A stretch of 64,000 bases of DNA. It comes from Macrostomum hystrix. Taxonomy: Eukaryota > Animalia > Platyhelminthes. The position numbers were made by a program, and so were the translations under genes. The notes below the pieces were generated by a model. The model did no database searches and was not told the DNA's origin. It saw nothing but the letters and a program-made list of their open reading frames with translations. The stretch covers positions 620,001 through 684,000 of the forward strand of contig CATNEN010000031.1 in assembly GCA_950097015.1 (NCBI GenBank), read 5' to 3'. Below, one piece after another: positions 1-13,453 of the stretch (positions are counted from its first letter, which is position 1; each line of letters opens with the position of its first letter).

Positions 1-27
1 TTATTATATCTCCCTCGAACTCTGGTC

Positions 28-50
28 ATAATAATAATAATAATAATAAT
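28..50. repeat. (ATA)n microsatellite
   Basis: About 7-8 perfect ATA units read directly. Confidence 0.9.
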
Positions 51-589
51 TGCAGGGTTCATGGGTTAAATTTTCCATCAACCCCATTACCACAAGACAA
101 TTAATTCTATGCAATAGCTGGGACATGCAATGAAGGGAAATTTTAGGCAATGGCACATCATTTGGTGACACAAGACCCGCAGCTAGCGTAGCGAGGAGGT
201 AATTCTGAATTGAGCCCAGCACACATGCACACAGATACCGTGCGCAAACATACGCTCATACAGGTGTGTACATCTGCTCTGATTTTCTCATAGTCTGTCA
301 CTGTACACTGCTCTGGTTGGCCGTAAGGTTGGGCGAAAATGGCACAACGGCCAAGCCTTCTCACCACATGGCTGCGCCACAAAGAAATGTGGCCTCGCCT
401 CGAAATCGAGCTAAGGGAACTTGGTGCGAGAGTGAGGTGTGTTAGACTGCTTTGCTACTCACCCCCCCTTAAAGAGAAGTCGCGTTTCTTGCTCTTATCG
501 ATGTAATGAGTTTAGAGGCAACAAGGTGAGCCGCGGCACTTTGACGACGTTTTGATTTATCTCGGGAGACGAACCATGGTGATTAGGCG

Positions 590-800
590 GATGCTAGATG
601 ACTTAGCCTGTTAAATTCACTAGAACTTAACCTTATTGAGCACGCCTGGACATGCTGGCAACTCTGTACCAGCTGTTTAACGTGCTGCAGGAAGAATGAC
701 AAGAGAGTTCAATTCAAGACAATAGCCCACAGATTTCGGACTTAGGGCGCGTGGTAGCTGAGTTAGACAATCGTGAAAGGCAAAACTCTACTTACGAGTA
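590..800 (+). mobile_element. Tc1-family transposase C-terminal relic (frameshifted, stops)
   Basis: Translating across small indels gives MT*PV-NSLELNLIEHAW-(D)ML...VLQEE*, resembling the Tc1 motif WPxxSPDLNPIEHxWDxL...LQEEW. Confidence 0.5.
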
Positions 801-1654
801 CTCATGGACTGTTACTTTTTAACCTAGCACCATGTTTTTAGAAGTTTTTAGAACTGCCAGGCCAGGGGCCTTGATACTTTTTAGACACTTTCTAAAATGT
901 GTCAAGTAGTTTATTTCTAACATTTTGTAAGTGTATGCGTGGGATCGAGCTTGGTATGCATTTTCATAATTTTTGCATTTACTTAATGCTTGGTTACTTT
1001 TTGCAGAACTGGAAGAGACATCTAGAAAGGCAAAGATTGCAAGGTATGTTTTCCTAGTGACTGAAATACGAGTATATTTACATAAAAAAATAGGTTTTCT
1101 ATCGGAATTGTGTTTTTATTCCAGAGAGTTAGTGCAACAACAACAGGCTTAGGCTTCAAATTTGCCGGCTAACTGATTTCCTTTGACTTTACTGTAGCAC
1201 TTGGTTCATGTTTTTTGCTCATTGATACTCATTTTGCCTTTCCTGTTGACTGAAATAAATACCGATAATACTGGCTTTTAGTTCCGAAGGAAATCAAATT
1301 CTCTTTGTACGAGTATGTGAGTACCAATTTCATGATCTTGGTCTTTTAGAATGACATGACACTGATCTGATCTATGTCTATATACTCGTAGATATATACG
1401 ATCTGAAACTTTTAACTAACTGAAAAAATATAATCATAAGCAACACATTTGTCTTACAACTTCGTACGCTGATTTAGTCACACAAATGCTGAATAAAAAT
1501 GCGAAATCCAATTTTTTTGACAAACTGACTCTCATATTACGCGACCAAAATGTCCGAATTCATTTTTTGACAACGCATGGTAATATAAAGGAACTGTTAA
1601 TTAACTTTAAACAATTATATTAGGGCTTGAGAAACTATTTTACATTAACGGCGT

Positions 1655-3588
1655 TCAATGGTTCAATTCCGAAAACATGCCCCGCTTAACAAAGTCATAG
1701 TCGGGCAAATCACCAACTGGTCCGACGGCGGCCAGAGCCGGGCAACGGTCATAAACGTACTGGCCAACCACTTCGGCTAGTGATTCCGGCGTCACCCGCA
1801 TGATGCGCTCCTCCAGTTCTGCCAAAGGCACCCTGCGGCCGTAGCACAGCACATGACGGCCCAGCTCCTCGCAAGCTGGAGTAGTGCCGTCTAGTTGCAG
1901 ATATAGACTTGTGAGTAGGGCATCACGCGTGCAGGCCAGATCAGCCGGCTTAATGCCTCTGGCCAGGTGGCGCCAGTCAGCCTATTAATTAGTTGCGGTC
2001 GGTGTCTTCATTCTTTTAATCATAGATTAATTCTAGGCTACCTGTTACTGTCTAGGAGTATGAGTACAGTAGCTTATAGCATCCTATGACTATTTTACGT
2101 TTATTGCGCTTTTTGCTACATATATTACGAGTAAGCTCTTCTATCTAAGAATCTCAGATTGACTACCAATTAAAGCATACCTGAAAGTCGGCTAAAAAAC
2201 GCCCAACAGATTCTTTATTGGCAACAGTGTGCATGCCCCATAGGGAAGTGTCGGTGTAGCAGGTAAAGAAGCTCTGATAGGACAGCACGCCACCATTATA
2301 TTTTTCTCGAGCTCGCTTGGCAAGCCTAGCAGCAGCGGAGCCTCCGCCACCGCTGCCGCCGCCCTGCGCCCGATCCCACGAGCCGATATAGGCGGAAGCT
2401 AACATCAGGGGCACGGTGTCAGCGCTAGTCCATCCTGGACCTTCTACTGCCAGAGCGACGTGGGCAAATGGCAGCTGGTCGTCTGGATCCAACAGACTGG
2501 AGCCGCTGAAGCGCACTGGCGTATTGTCCACGGCGCCAGGCGAGGCCTCCACGGCTGGCATGCTACCAAAATGACGTTTACAAAGGTCTGTAAGCTCCGA
2601 GTGGTCTATGCCACCGGCAGCTGCTATAACCATACGCTGTGGTCTGTAGTGATCGGCCACGTATTTCTGCAGGTCCTGCCGTCTTAGAGATTTTACATTC
2701 TCCACCGGGCCCAGGATGGTGCGCGATAGAGGAGTGCCCTACAAGTTCGCGCCGGTTATTGGGGATGTGCAGTTAGTAATGGGCTTGATTATTCTTATTA
2801 TTTACTTGCACGTATAACAAAATCTGACTTTTTCATTCTCATTTTTTCCATGCCTACTAATATTTTATTCTTATCTGAATGAAAAAATTGTTTCAAATTG
2901 TTTCAAACCTAAAAATTCTTTTAAAACAATATAAAATAAATTGCGTAATTTAGAAAATGTCTATTAATACGCTTAAAGAACAATTAAAAATGTTAGATTC
3001 CGTTGCTAATAGTTAATTTAGCAATCGCACCTGATATGCAACGGCGTGCAGGTAATCAAAGACAACCTCTTGCAGGTTGGTCTCAACTTCCTGCATCTCC
3101 CTGAGGATGACGCCACGCTCTCGCTCAATCTGAGCCTCGTCGAATGTGGAATTTCGCAGAATATCTGCCAGCATACCCACAGCCCAGGGCAGGTCACGGC
3201 TAAAACACTTGGCATAGTACACTGTCATCTCGCGCGACGTATAAGCATTAAGATGGGCTCCACGATTTTCAACGTCTAGCTCGATGTCCTGCTGAGATCG
3301 GTTACGTGTACCTTTGAATGCCATGTGCTCAAGAAAATGCGCTGCACCATTTGTGTGATCATTCTCAAATCTACTGCCAGCGTCTACCCAGACACCGACA
3401 GTGCAGGTAGGCGTGCCCCAGTCTTCTGACGTCACGCGCATCCCATTGTCCAGGCGACTAATACGCGCCTCGGGCACCTTAGCTATGGCCTGGGAAACAG
3501 AAGCTGCTGCATGGTTGCTGAATAGGCGTCCCTGATGTGACAAAAGATAGATAGCATTCAATATTTTGGTTTGATTACAAATGATCAT
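1655..3588 (-). CDS. PMPCB: Mitochondrial processing peptidase beta subunit (M16 peptidase); exons 3588-3031, 2738-2181, 1981-1655; N-terminus uncertain
   Basis: Inverted zinc motif HFLEH ([13 protein letters not shown]), [29 protein letters not shown] and [27 protein letters not shown] introns 3030-2739 and 2180-1982 are both phase 0, giving 480 aa from ATG 3588. An acceptor at 3532 suggests there may instead be an upstream first exon. Confidence 0.93.
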
Positions 3589-5019
3589 GATCACATGTTG
3601 AGCAACAAGTTAAACATGGCCTGTTCTGAACAGTTGAAAAAATAAAAAGCTACTTCAGGTAAAAATAAATATTTAGAGCTATAATTAAAAATCTAGCTAA
3701 AGCTCCACAGCAGTTTTGCTTAACCTCTGCAAAAGACATGGAGAAAATATATCCATTATTTTTATCTGTATGGATGAATTCCCAAAAATTGGGTACTTGA
3801 TTTTTGCAAGAGTTATTACTGCATTTATGCATTAAGCACAACTAAAAAACAAGGATAAGTTAGGTTAGGGTTAGTTACAATCTCAGTTAAAATACCCATG
3901 AAATATATCCATATTCAGCAAATAGCAAATAATGTTATTTGCAGATTTACTTATAAATAAAAAAAGTCATCAGAGTTAAAAAATTCCTAAATTATTAAAT
4001 ATGCCCTAAGTTGACAAATCATCTCTTTAGCTGAAAAAACTCTGGTAAGGTAACTCACTTTATAAGCCTGACGATGTCCGCTTAGGACAAAAAGCTTCGG
4101 CATTTTAAACATTTGTTGGCAATTTCATTTCTGTTCCTATCGCTTATAAAGCGAGTTACCTTACCAGATTTTTACTTTGAAACAAATTGTTGCTATCTGG
4201 ACATGAGCGTCGCATTTCTTTGGAAGTTCAAGCGTCTTACATACACTCTAGGGAAATGTCACCTCGACCATGGATTCCTTCATCAATGCCAAGAACTGCA
4301 ACTTTCGCCGCACTTCGCACAGTTCAAAGCACTTACATTCCGGCATTCAGGGATGTCACTGATGTCCATTTCCTTGTTGTCCGGAAACAGCTCCAGATCA
4401 ATAGACTGAGATCAAGACAACTACAAGAAGACTTTTTTGAGATATCAGCTCAGAGTGGTATCTTACTCTGTTCTGTGGCACCTGGTGTCCAAGAAGACAA
4501 ACGAACAACTGCAGTTTGACATTCAGAGACTCAAGAAGAAATTGTTTGGCCTGTGGACCCAGAGACAATTTGGTTTACTGGTCGATAATGTGATCACCAA
4601 CCTGTCAGGTCACCAATTCTCAATTTCTGAAGTTAACTGTCTGCAGTAGGGGATTAGAAATCCAAGCCTGCCCAGTCATTTCAATAAGAATCATATTGCC
4701 ACTGAGATCAAGATTGCTACTGGTAAGTGTCTCCATACTAGGAATGCTTGGACGAATGGCTTGCACCTACCACCCAAATGTAGGAATAGGCTCATTACCG
4801 GCTTTGAAACTTTCATTACCAAAGCTACTAACATGGTTACAAACAAGAGAAATAGACTGGTCCACAAAACGATGAAAGGCCTCAGGAAAAATGAGCAGAT
4901 CAAAATTACTGGCTATGATAAAGGCTATGGGGTTGCTATCCTCGACAACTCGGATTGTAAAAGCTTAACATGATTGTGCATGATCAGACCAAGTTCCATT
5001 GCCTGGGTACTGCTGAACA

Positions 5020-5291
5020 CATACATGCGCAACACCCGGCCGAACCGGCCGGGTGAAACGAGGGCCAAGCAAGGTAAGTCGCAAAAACCAATCAACCAAG
5101 CGCAAAAAAATCAAAGGGGGGACCAAGGGACAAAAAAGGAAGGCGTGAAGAAAAGGAAAAAGGGGAGAGAAAAAGAGAGCAAATGAGAGCAAACTAAGTC
5201 GTAAATAGAGCAATGAAACGAACTAAGTCGCAAATGAGAGCAAAAACTAAGTCGCAAGGCCGGCTAAGATTTGGGAGGTTGCGCATGTATG
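5020..5291. mobile_element. hAT-type MITE (copy 1), inserted in the Penelope element
   Basis: 14-bp TIR CATACATGCGCAAC / GTTGCGCATGTATG and a perfect 8-bp TSD GCTGAACA (5012-5019, 5292-5299). A second copy lies at 37067-37376. Confidence 0.9.
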
Positions 5292-6426
5292 GCTGAACAT
5301 GTGACGATGTCTTATCCCATTCTTAAGAATGAATGCAGCCTGCAATCTTTTGAATTCTTTTCTGAGAACGCATCTCAAACCACATGTTAGCCCTGACAGT
5401 TTCAAGTGTCTATCTCCAAGTGGCAGCCAGCCAGGGCAGCTCTACGGTCTTTGCAAGGTTCACTAGGCCAACCACCCTTTGAGACCCATCGTCTCTGTGA
5501 TTGGAATGGCTGAGTATGAACTTGCGAAGTACCTTGAAGCTTTGATCAAGCCCCTTTTGGAGCAGGGCACCAGTGTCAACTCTAATGGGGCCTTCCTCAA
5601 ATCCTTGAATTAGTACACTGTCAATCCCAATGACAAGCTGTTCAGCTTTGATGTGGTGTTGCTGTTCACCAACATCCCATTGAAGCTGGCTATTGATTTA
5701 GCCGCTGATCTGGTGTTTCAGAACAATCCCCCACCTTTCTCCAAAGTGACGTTCAAGAAGATATCCAAAAAACTACATTTATTACTACATCAACAAGTTC
5801 ATGAACAACAAATTCACTAATGGTCGCTTGCAGAGGGAAAGGGATAGAGATAAGGACCTGAACACTCCCATGATTATCCTGCCATTTATTGGAACCCCTT
5901 TGATGATGTTCAAGAAACAACTAGAAAAGATTTTTCGTAAATGGTTTGACTCTGATATCAAGGATTCAAGATAATATTTTGCATGGACAAGATTTCCTGT
6001 TTTGTTAGTAGATTGAAATCCCTTGTTCCAAGGCCACTTGTTGCAGGTGTCGTGTACAATTGTTCAATTGTTTAATTCAATTGTTCTGTGAATCAAAGCA
6101 CCAATTACATGGGAAAGACAAAATGACATTTTTACACGAGGAGCATTGGGTAAAAAACTCTGCTATCTGGGACCACTTGCTAGGTTGCGATAGTTGTTGT
6201 AATAAGGAGCCACTTGAACTGTTCAAAGTTGTTGACACCTGTAGGTAAGATTACAAACTGACCATTCTTGAAGCCATGTACATCAAGGCCCTCAAGCCAA
6301 ACCTTAATGTCTAATTAGTGGGGAATGGTGCAAGCCAACAGCTTCAAGTGTTCTGACATATTAGGCACACTTTCTCTCTGCACTGTGTGTGCGGTCCTCT
6401 CCAACCTCTTGATCATGGTTTGCCTT

Positions 6427-6585
6427 TTGACCTGTCCATAGGACTTTAACTCACAATGTACAACAACCTACTTTTAAACACCTGACTTTTTGTTTTTCAA
6501 TAGTTCGACCCTGTCCATTGGACTTTAACTCACAATATACAACAACCTACTTTTAAACACCTGTGTTTTCATTTTTCAATAAATT
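6427..6585. repeat. Two ~80-bp tandem copies in the PLE 3' region
   Basis: CCTGTCCAT(A/T)GGACTTTAACTCACAAT(G/A)TACAACAACCTACTTTTAAACACCTG occurs twice. Confidence 0.8.
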
Positions 6586-7214
6586 AACCCTGACGATGTC
6601 CGCCTAGGACAAAAGGCTTTGGCATTTTAAACATATGTTGGCGATTTCATTTCTGTTCCTGAAAAAACTATCTGTAGTTGGTGAATTGCCTAAAGCTAGT
6701 AAATCAGCAAATAATCTGATGTGAAATCTAACATATCCTTGGGTAGGAAAAATGGCCCCAAATTTAAAAAGTATCCCTGATTTACCAACTCAGCCTTTTT
6801 AATGGCTGATTCCCCAAAGCTGGTAAATAATCACAAATAACAATAGTTAGAAAAGTAGCAAAGCTTATAAATGGCTTATTATATTAATTACATAGGACCA
6901 GAAAGTACTTTTTGCTTAGGGCAAAGCTAGCTTTAAAGAAGGCTTTTTGGAAAAAAATTCATGGCTAGAAATGTTCATTGGAATAGTCTAAGTACAAAAG
7001 CTGTACCAGCTTTTACTACTAAGGTAAAAACATATTACTATGGAAGAAATGATTGCTAAGGGCTGTAGGCAATGGTAGATCATTTGGTGGTACTAGACCA
7101 ACAGCCAGCAAGGAGACAATTCTGCCTATTCCACTGACTACTGAGCATACACCCACTTAGATACTAAATGCAGGCAAAAATGCAAACAATTGTACATCTG
7201 CCCTGACATTTTTA

Positions 7215-7420
7215 TCATCAGGCAGTGTTATTATTATCAATACACTTTCACTGTGCCTTGGACTTGGAGGTTGGCCCTTAAGGGTGTAAATTGTATGACA
7301 AGCCCCCAAGCCTCTTTTCTGCCACTTCATTCCAATTTTAATGTAGCCCGGCCATAATATAAGTTCAACTTTAGACTCAGTAAGAGGCAAATGCAATAAC
7401 CACTCTGCTACCCACCCACT
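7215..7420 (-). mobile_element. Possible degenerate tRNA-derived SINE
   Basis: Minus strand has an A-box-like TAGCAGAGTGG head and an AATAATAA tail. No clear B box. Confidence 0.25.
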
Positions 7421-8473
7421 CTCTGTGGGGTTGTAGGGAAACTTCTTGCAGGAAAAGCTCAAAGCTGAAAGAAAAACTTATATGAGCAAAGCTTGGTTGG
7501 ACTTTATTTTAATTTGCATTTGGTTTTGTTTATGTGCAGTTAGTTTAATAATATGGCATAGCAATAGCAATCCACATTAAAAATATTTACAATTTAAGCA
7601 ATTACAAAATGAGCTAAGTTAGGCAAGTCATTTAAAAGTGTCCAGGTCTACAATTTTACTAGGTCATATGGTCTAAATGAGCCTATATTTTAGGCCTAAT
7701 ACCTAGCTAGTAGGCTCACACAACAAAAGTTGTACAGAAAAAATGAATAGTCTGAAAATACTAAATCAAAGCCCACATACATACAATTTTATTTTTAAAA
7801 CAATTAGGGAGAGCATTACATACACAATAATAGGGTATATGCACTGAAGTTCATATATTAAGCTTAGCTACATTTATATTAGAGTTGTATGTTTACTATG
7901 TTATATTGTAAAAATCGAACATTCCCACCTTTCGCAAGCCTGAAAGTGTTGCCAAACAGAATCGGTTGCTGCTTAACAAAAACATGTCCTGAAAATTTCA
8001 AAAGTCGCTGCAAGTCACTTCGTTCTTAACCATCCTATAAATACCAGAATATGAGTTTCCCTGGAATCTATCATTATCAATGTGTTAACACTGGTCAGAG
8101 GCGTCGTACAGCTGGAGCAAATTAGGGCTTATTTTTGTGCTTATTGAAGTATATAAAATATTTTTTTATATTTACTAATCATATCCATTTTTATTATCAA
8201 CATATTTTTGTTTGTAAAACGTTATAGGGCTTTTTGTTTTAACTGACAGATAGAATATTTTTTAAATGAAGTTATCGTCGAGTTTACAGATTAATGTTGT
8301 ATGAGAAGCACTCACTCAGCAATAATAGTAGTATAGCTTTCTTTCGCATTTCGCGGAAGAAGAAATGCTGCAACAATGTAATTTCCACTGGCTCCAAGAA
8401 AAAGGCGGCAACAGCACAATATTCGTCTATGGCCGCTTCCTATAGCTCCTGTAGAAAGCGATACATACAACAT

Positions 8474-8568
8474 GCCTTAGGTGGCTATTTGCCGGCAGCA
8501 ACTGCGAAAATAAGCTGAAGCAGCGTAGCGGCTTCATCTTACGCCGTTGCTGCCGGCAAACAGCCGCC
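8474..8568. repeat. Near-perfect ~95-nt palindrome/hairpin
   Basis: TTTGCCGGCAGCAAC pairs with GTTGCTGCCGGCAAA. Inner pairs are GCG/CGC, TAAG/CTTA and TGAAGC/GCTTCA; outer pair is GGTGGCT/AGCCGCC. Confidence 0.8.
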
Positions 8569-10469
8569 AACATGCATACATTGTGTGCCTATCCAATATT
8601 TAGATGCGATGGCGAGAATGTTTTTTTTCGGACGTTGTCATAAATGATGAATTATTGCACCTAATGAATAAGACCTCTAGGCCTGCAAGTTTTAGCTTAG
8701 TCAGAAAAATTGGCTGTACTTGTACATCTATACCATAATAAGTAGATAACCTGTATCTGTACACTTATTATTATAAACAGTGAACAAATTTCTCGTCCTA
8801 AAGTAAAATAAGCCCTATCTGGTTCTAGCTAGTGCTTGGTATTCTTGAACTTTAATCCTATAAAATAGACCTACTTTCACTTTTCCAATTGACTTGAAAC
8901 TTCCTGTTAATGTTGTCTTACTAGACCTATCTCTATCTCTATCTTGTAGCTTACCTGTAACTTGAAAAATTTAATATGTAAAGTTGATATTAGGCCTACC
9001 TTCAAGTTTGCTCATTGACATTGATTTTATGAAATAAATGTAAAGTAGGCCTAGTCTGGTTTTACCCTAATTTTATGAACAATAAATTATGTGAATATAA
9101 GGTAATGTATCATCAACCAAACAGTGTATCTTCAAACCGAAAAAGAATTTTGACTTTTTCCTTGGTCTCGTGCAAGACAAAAACAAGACACTCTATTGTG
9201 TTTCACAGAACAACTAATTTGAAAGTTGAAGAAATTATCTAAAAGCTGAGGCATGATGTGCAATGAAGCATTAAGAGGAAAGAAAGATATTGATGTTTTA
9301 GTAGAACTTTTTTTGCAAAAGCATACTTATTAATAACATTTTTTCAGTATGTACTTTAGACGAAGATGTATGTGGTTGCTAGCCAATTAAATGACCATAA
9401 ATGTAGTTAATTATAGAGCATGTGTCGTAGGGCTATCTGCTAAAATCTTACAGCTGCCACCAAGTTGTTGTAGGCCTCCTTCCTCTTTGGGTTTATATAC
9501 CACCGATACTCCTTTATTAATATTAAAAACTGCTTATTTCGCACCTTGAATTAACCTTAGTTTCCTTTGTCTATGACTTAGTTATTCTTCATAGGCTAGC
9601 TATGTACTCCCTTTTATTTCATATGCATATATTGCTTAACTTGGCCAGATAGGCTGCTTTCTTTCCAAAAATTGGTAGCGTTCTCACGAGTGTCCAAGCG
9701 GCAAGACACTTCTTCCTCTCCTCTACTTACTCACAACTGTCTGGCTCTCTGGTTTGTTCCCAGTCTTCAAGGCTTCCAAATGGACTGAAGTTGCCCAACT
9801 TTGCACACAGTGCTTTTCCACCAATCCACCAGAAGGGATTTACCCTTCTGCTCTTTAGTTTTACACTCCACTGCTTTTTATGACTATTCCCTTCTTTATT
9901 CTTTTGAATATTCCTGACTTGTGTATTATCACGGACTTGCTTTTCTCCTCCCTAAAATAATTGAAAAACACTTTGAGATTTATTCTCCTTTATTGCACTC
10001 AGAATTGGGCACAGGGTACCGGTTGGTTTTCCTAGGGCTAAATTGCGGCTATATTTATACAAAAATTGGGGGTGGATGACACAGTGTATTAAAACAAAGA
10101 ATAAAATCGGGAAAAGCATTTGGCAGGGATTCAAGTTTAGAAATATATGCAATAATATTAGGGCCTGCCTCAACTGGCTTCCCCTATATAAATTTTGGAA
10201 TAAGAAAAACGCGTGACAAAATTAATAGTAACAATAGCATACACAAAATAAAATGGGTAGCAAAAATGGCACATAAAGTAAAACAGGCAGCAAAATTTTA
10301 TAGAAAATACAACACAAAATAAAACGATTAAAACATTTAACACAATCAAATTGTCCCTTTTAGGAAAAATAACAGTCTTCAGGCAGTCTTTCATTGCGGG
10401 GCCAACCTACCGTACTTGCCATCCATCTCAACTCAATGTTGACCGGCAGTGGACTGCGGTTGATTACCT

Positions 10470-11990
10470 TTCATGCATATTGTACAGCCCTTTTCCAGGC
10501 GGCTATACAATGACTTCGGGCGAACTTCTTGCAGAATACACGCATAGTGGAATAGATTGCGGCCTGCTGTGGGTATCGCCGGTCATTGTTCTACAGTCCG
10601 GCATCCAGGATGTAGCCCTTCAGATGACGGTTTAGCTGCGTGTAATGCTCGTGTTGGGCCTGAGGAATTTCTGCCATTATTCGGGCTAATTCTTCTTGAT
10701 TCTCTGCGGGCTCCATATCGATGTCCTCATCTGTTTCTGGGCACTGCTGCGGCTGTGGTGACTGCTGAAGTGGCCGCTCTTGCTGCAATGGCGGCTGCTG
10801 TTGCGACGGCTGCATCTGCAGCTGCTCCTGCGATGGCTACGATTGCTGCTGCTGTGATGACTACGAGGGCTGCGGGGCGACTGCTGTGACGACTGCAGCT
10901 GCGGCTTTTGCTGGAAGTCTGTCCGGTATTGGTACTGGATTGGTACCTTCTGCGCTTTTCGTGCTATGTGCCGACCCTTAAGCGGTGGCTGTGGCTGAGG
11001 GACCGGCTTCGGCGCTATCGACCGCTGTCTGGCAGCTCGTCAACCTGGCTCCTGGCTTGGTGTACTGATGACTTTGGTGGTTCTGGCTACCTCCGTGGGC
11101 ATATTTTGAGCCTTTTCCAATGCTGCCACTGGTGCGATTGACTGCTGCCGGAGTTGATTTACCCTTGTGGTGGCATCAAGGAAAACCGGTAGCCTTGAAC
11201 TCGGCAGTTTCCTCTTACTTGCGATTTCTTCTTGCATTGTGGTGGCGGCTCGCTTCCGGGTGTTTACCCTCGATTGCTGACCAACCATAGACGGTTGCGT
11301 CCTCTGCCGTAATGGCGCCTCGAGTTCTCCCGACTCGTCAATGATCACTTGAATAATGTCTTCTTCGTCATTATCGGCTCTTTTCTCCTTATCCTGCTTC
11401 ACTCTATCCGGCTCAACATTCTCATTATCCAAAAAATCTACAGTCACAGCTTCTAACAGTTTCTCAAACTCACTTACGCTCATAGCTTCACAATCTTACT
11501 CCATTTTGGACTTGCTTGCTTTGTCAATATGACTTTTCTCTCACTCTGTATGTTTGTTTGCCTTCCCAGAGCACTGGTTTATATAGGCGTGAGGCTGATG
11601 CGCATCATTGTGTCTCCGATTTCATTGGGCTATACTGGCTGTGTTACTATTGCGTCACCCCAATCTCTGCCTAAATCTGTAAATTCCCAAGTATACTGAA
11701 CACGGTGGCAAGCCTCTGCAAATAGCCTTCAAACCTCGCGGGGGTCTGATTTGTCTGCGCGGACGGCTTGTCACTCCTTCCCTTTCTTCATTCTGCGCAA
11801 TGTACATGCCTCCTTCTTAGGTGGCTGTTGCCAGACCCTCAGCTGTCCCTTCGCTTTCGCTCTCCTCTTCATTGCTCGTAGCCATGTCCCTAGGCATGTG
11901 AGTGGTAGATTACTAGGAACTAGGAACATGTTGGCCATGTCCTTAGACAGAGTTAGAGGCACGGCCGCCATGTCCCTAGTCATGGCGTTT
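10470..11990 (-). pseudogene. Unclassified decayed coding region (acidic, then Q/P-rich, then Cys/His fragment); gene or TE relic
   Basis: GC-rich island with ORF pieces 11771-11983, 11040-11483 and 10591-10815 broken by single stops and frameshifts (CAG>TAG in the Q-rich part). No family recognised. Confidence 0.3.
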
Positions 11991-12173
11991 GTAGTTATGA
12001 GACAAAAGGTATAGGCATAAAGAGTTACATATATTTACTTTTGTTTAATTGCATAATATATGAATACATTTATTGTGCCCACATAACAGGCTAAGATAGA
12101 TTATAATATACTTTACTTATCTCTTTGCTAAAGCTAAGAATTTAAAAATTATACTTGATTGATGCATTTTAAC

Positions 12174-13076
12174 TAGGGGTCGGACAATATTGAATTTTCA
12201 AGGTTTTCGAGATTCAATATTTTTTTAGCAATACGATACAAGATTCAATTGAGATTTCGAGATTTTAGACAATGCCAATTTTGCATACATAAACTAAGTT
12301 TCATAGTACAAAGAAAAAAATTAACAAAGGTCAAAAATGTGTTCTGGAACATGGACTGGAACATTTGCCAGTTTGTTTTGTCAATAACACATGAAAAAGA
12401 TAATCAGGCAGCCAGCCAATTCAGCTATTTTGATAGCTAAGGACTTATTTATTTTTTGCTGTTCAGAAGCTTCCTTTACTTGGAGAGTTTCTATGTTTAT
12501 TTCATTTGTAGCTACATTTTCAAATAGAAATGTCTGTTATGATATACAAAACATGATGATTGATGATTAGAACAAATAAAGCACAGATTCTAATGTTTGA
12601 TTTTACCATGGCAAAAATGCTAAAGTGTATTTGAATGTACAAGAGCCATAAGTAGGAAGAATTTAGGGGAAAATGCATGTACATTATACAATACATGATG
12701 CAATGCAAATCAGCAAATTACGAGATTACATTACAGTATATTAACATCACTGTTAATATTGTCATTGACATGATCACGAATCATGACTGATCACAATGGA
12801 GTTCGACTGACTGGCAAGCAAATTTAGCGATCTGAAAAGAAGGGAAAGAAAAAGTGATTCATATTTTATAACTTTATAACCATCCATTTTCTCTTAATTT
12901 TGCTATTTTACAAGTAGCTATTTTGCTATTTGCCTCATAAGATTGAATGTAAAAATAGATGTTTTTTAATCTCAAATCTCAGCACTTTTTCAAATCGAGA
13001 TTTGATCAAGATTCATTGAGAAAATGGTCAAAATCTCAAATATTGATCGCAAGATCAAGATCTCGTCTGACCTTTA
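12174..13076. mobile_element. Old non-autonomous hAT-like element
   Basis: Imperfect TIR TAGGGGTCGGAC / GTCTGACCTTTA (9/12), 8-bp flanks ATTTTAAC / ATTTCAAC (7/8) and subterminal GAGAT/ATCTC repeats. Confidence 0.5.
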
Positions 13077-13453
13077 ATTTCAACCATATAAATGTTATTG
13101 TCAAGGTAGTACAAATTCAAGCCCATGAGGCTCTGCGCATTGCAAAAGATTGCTTACAAATAATAAAATAGGTAGCCTTCGGAATCATGTCTCTAGAAAG
13201 ATGACCTACAAAAGAAAAATAGCTTCTATGACATAGACTTTTAGCCACAAGGTTCCCAGAACTTGTCTTAATGCAAAGAATATAGTAAGGTAGTCATTAA
13301 TTGACTTGACATCAAGACAAAAGCCAAGGGGATAGTATGGCCTTGGCTCTCAAAGGTCAAAAAGCATCCCTCAATGTTTGAGTGTATGCATATATGGTCA
13401 TTTAAAAATAGAATGTTGTTCTTTTTACAAGCCTAGTTTTCAAACATTCACAG

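Larger units (their letters stand above)
4067..6660 (+). mobile_element. Decayed Penelope-like retroelement (RT + GIY-YIG) with 72-bp direct terminal repeats
   Basis: PLE motifs in order: CHLDHGFLHQC, ITNLS...GL, IKITGYDKG.GVAILD, GQLYGLCKVH.ANHPLRPIVS...YELAKYL, FSFDVVLLFTNIP, GVVY..YMGKT, LTILEAMYIKALKPNLN. Many stops, and the RT core appears deleted. Direct repeats 4067-4138 and 6589-6660 match at 67/72 nt. Confidence 0.88.
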
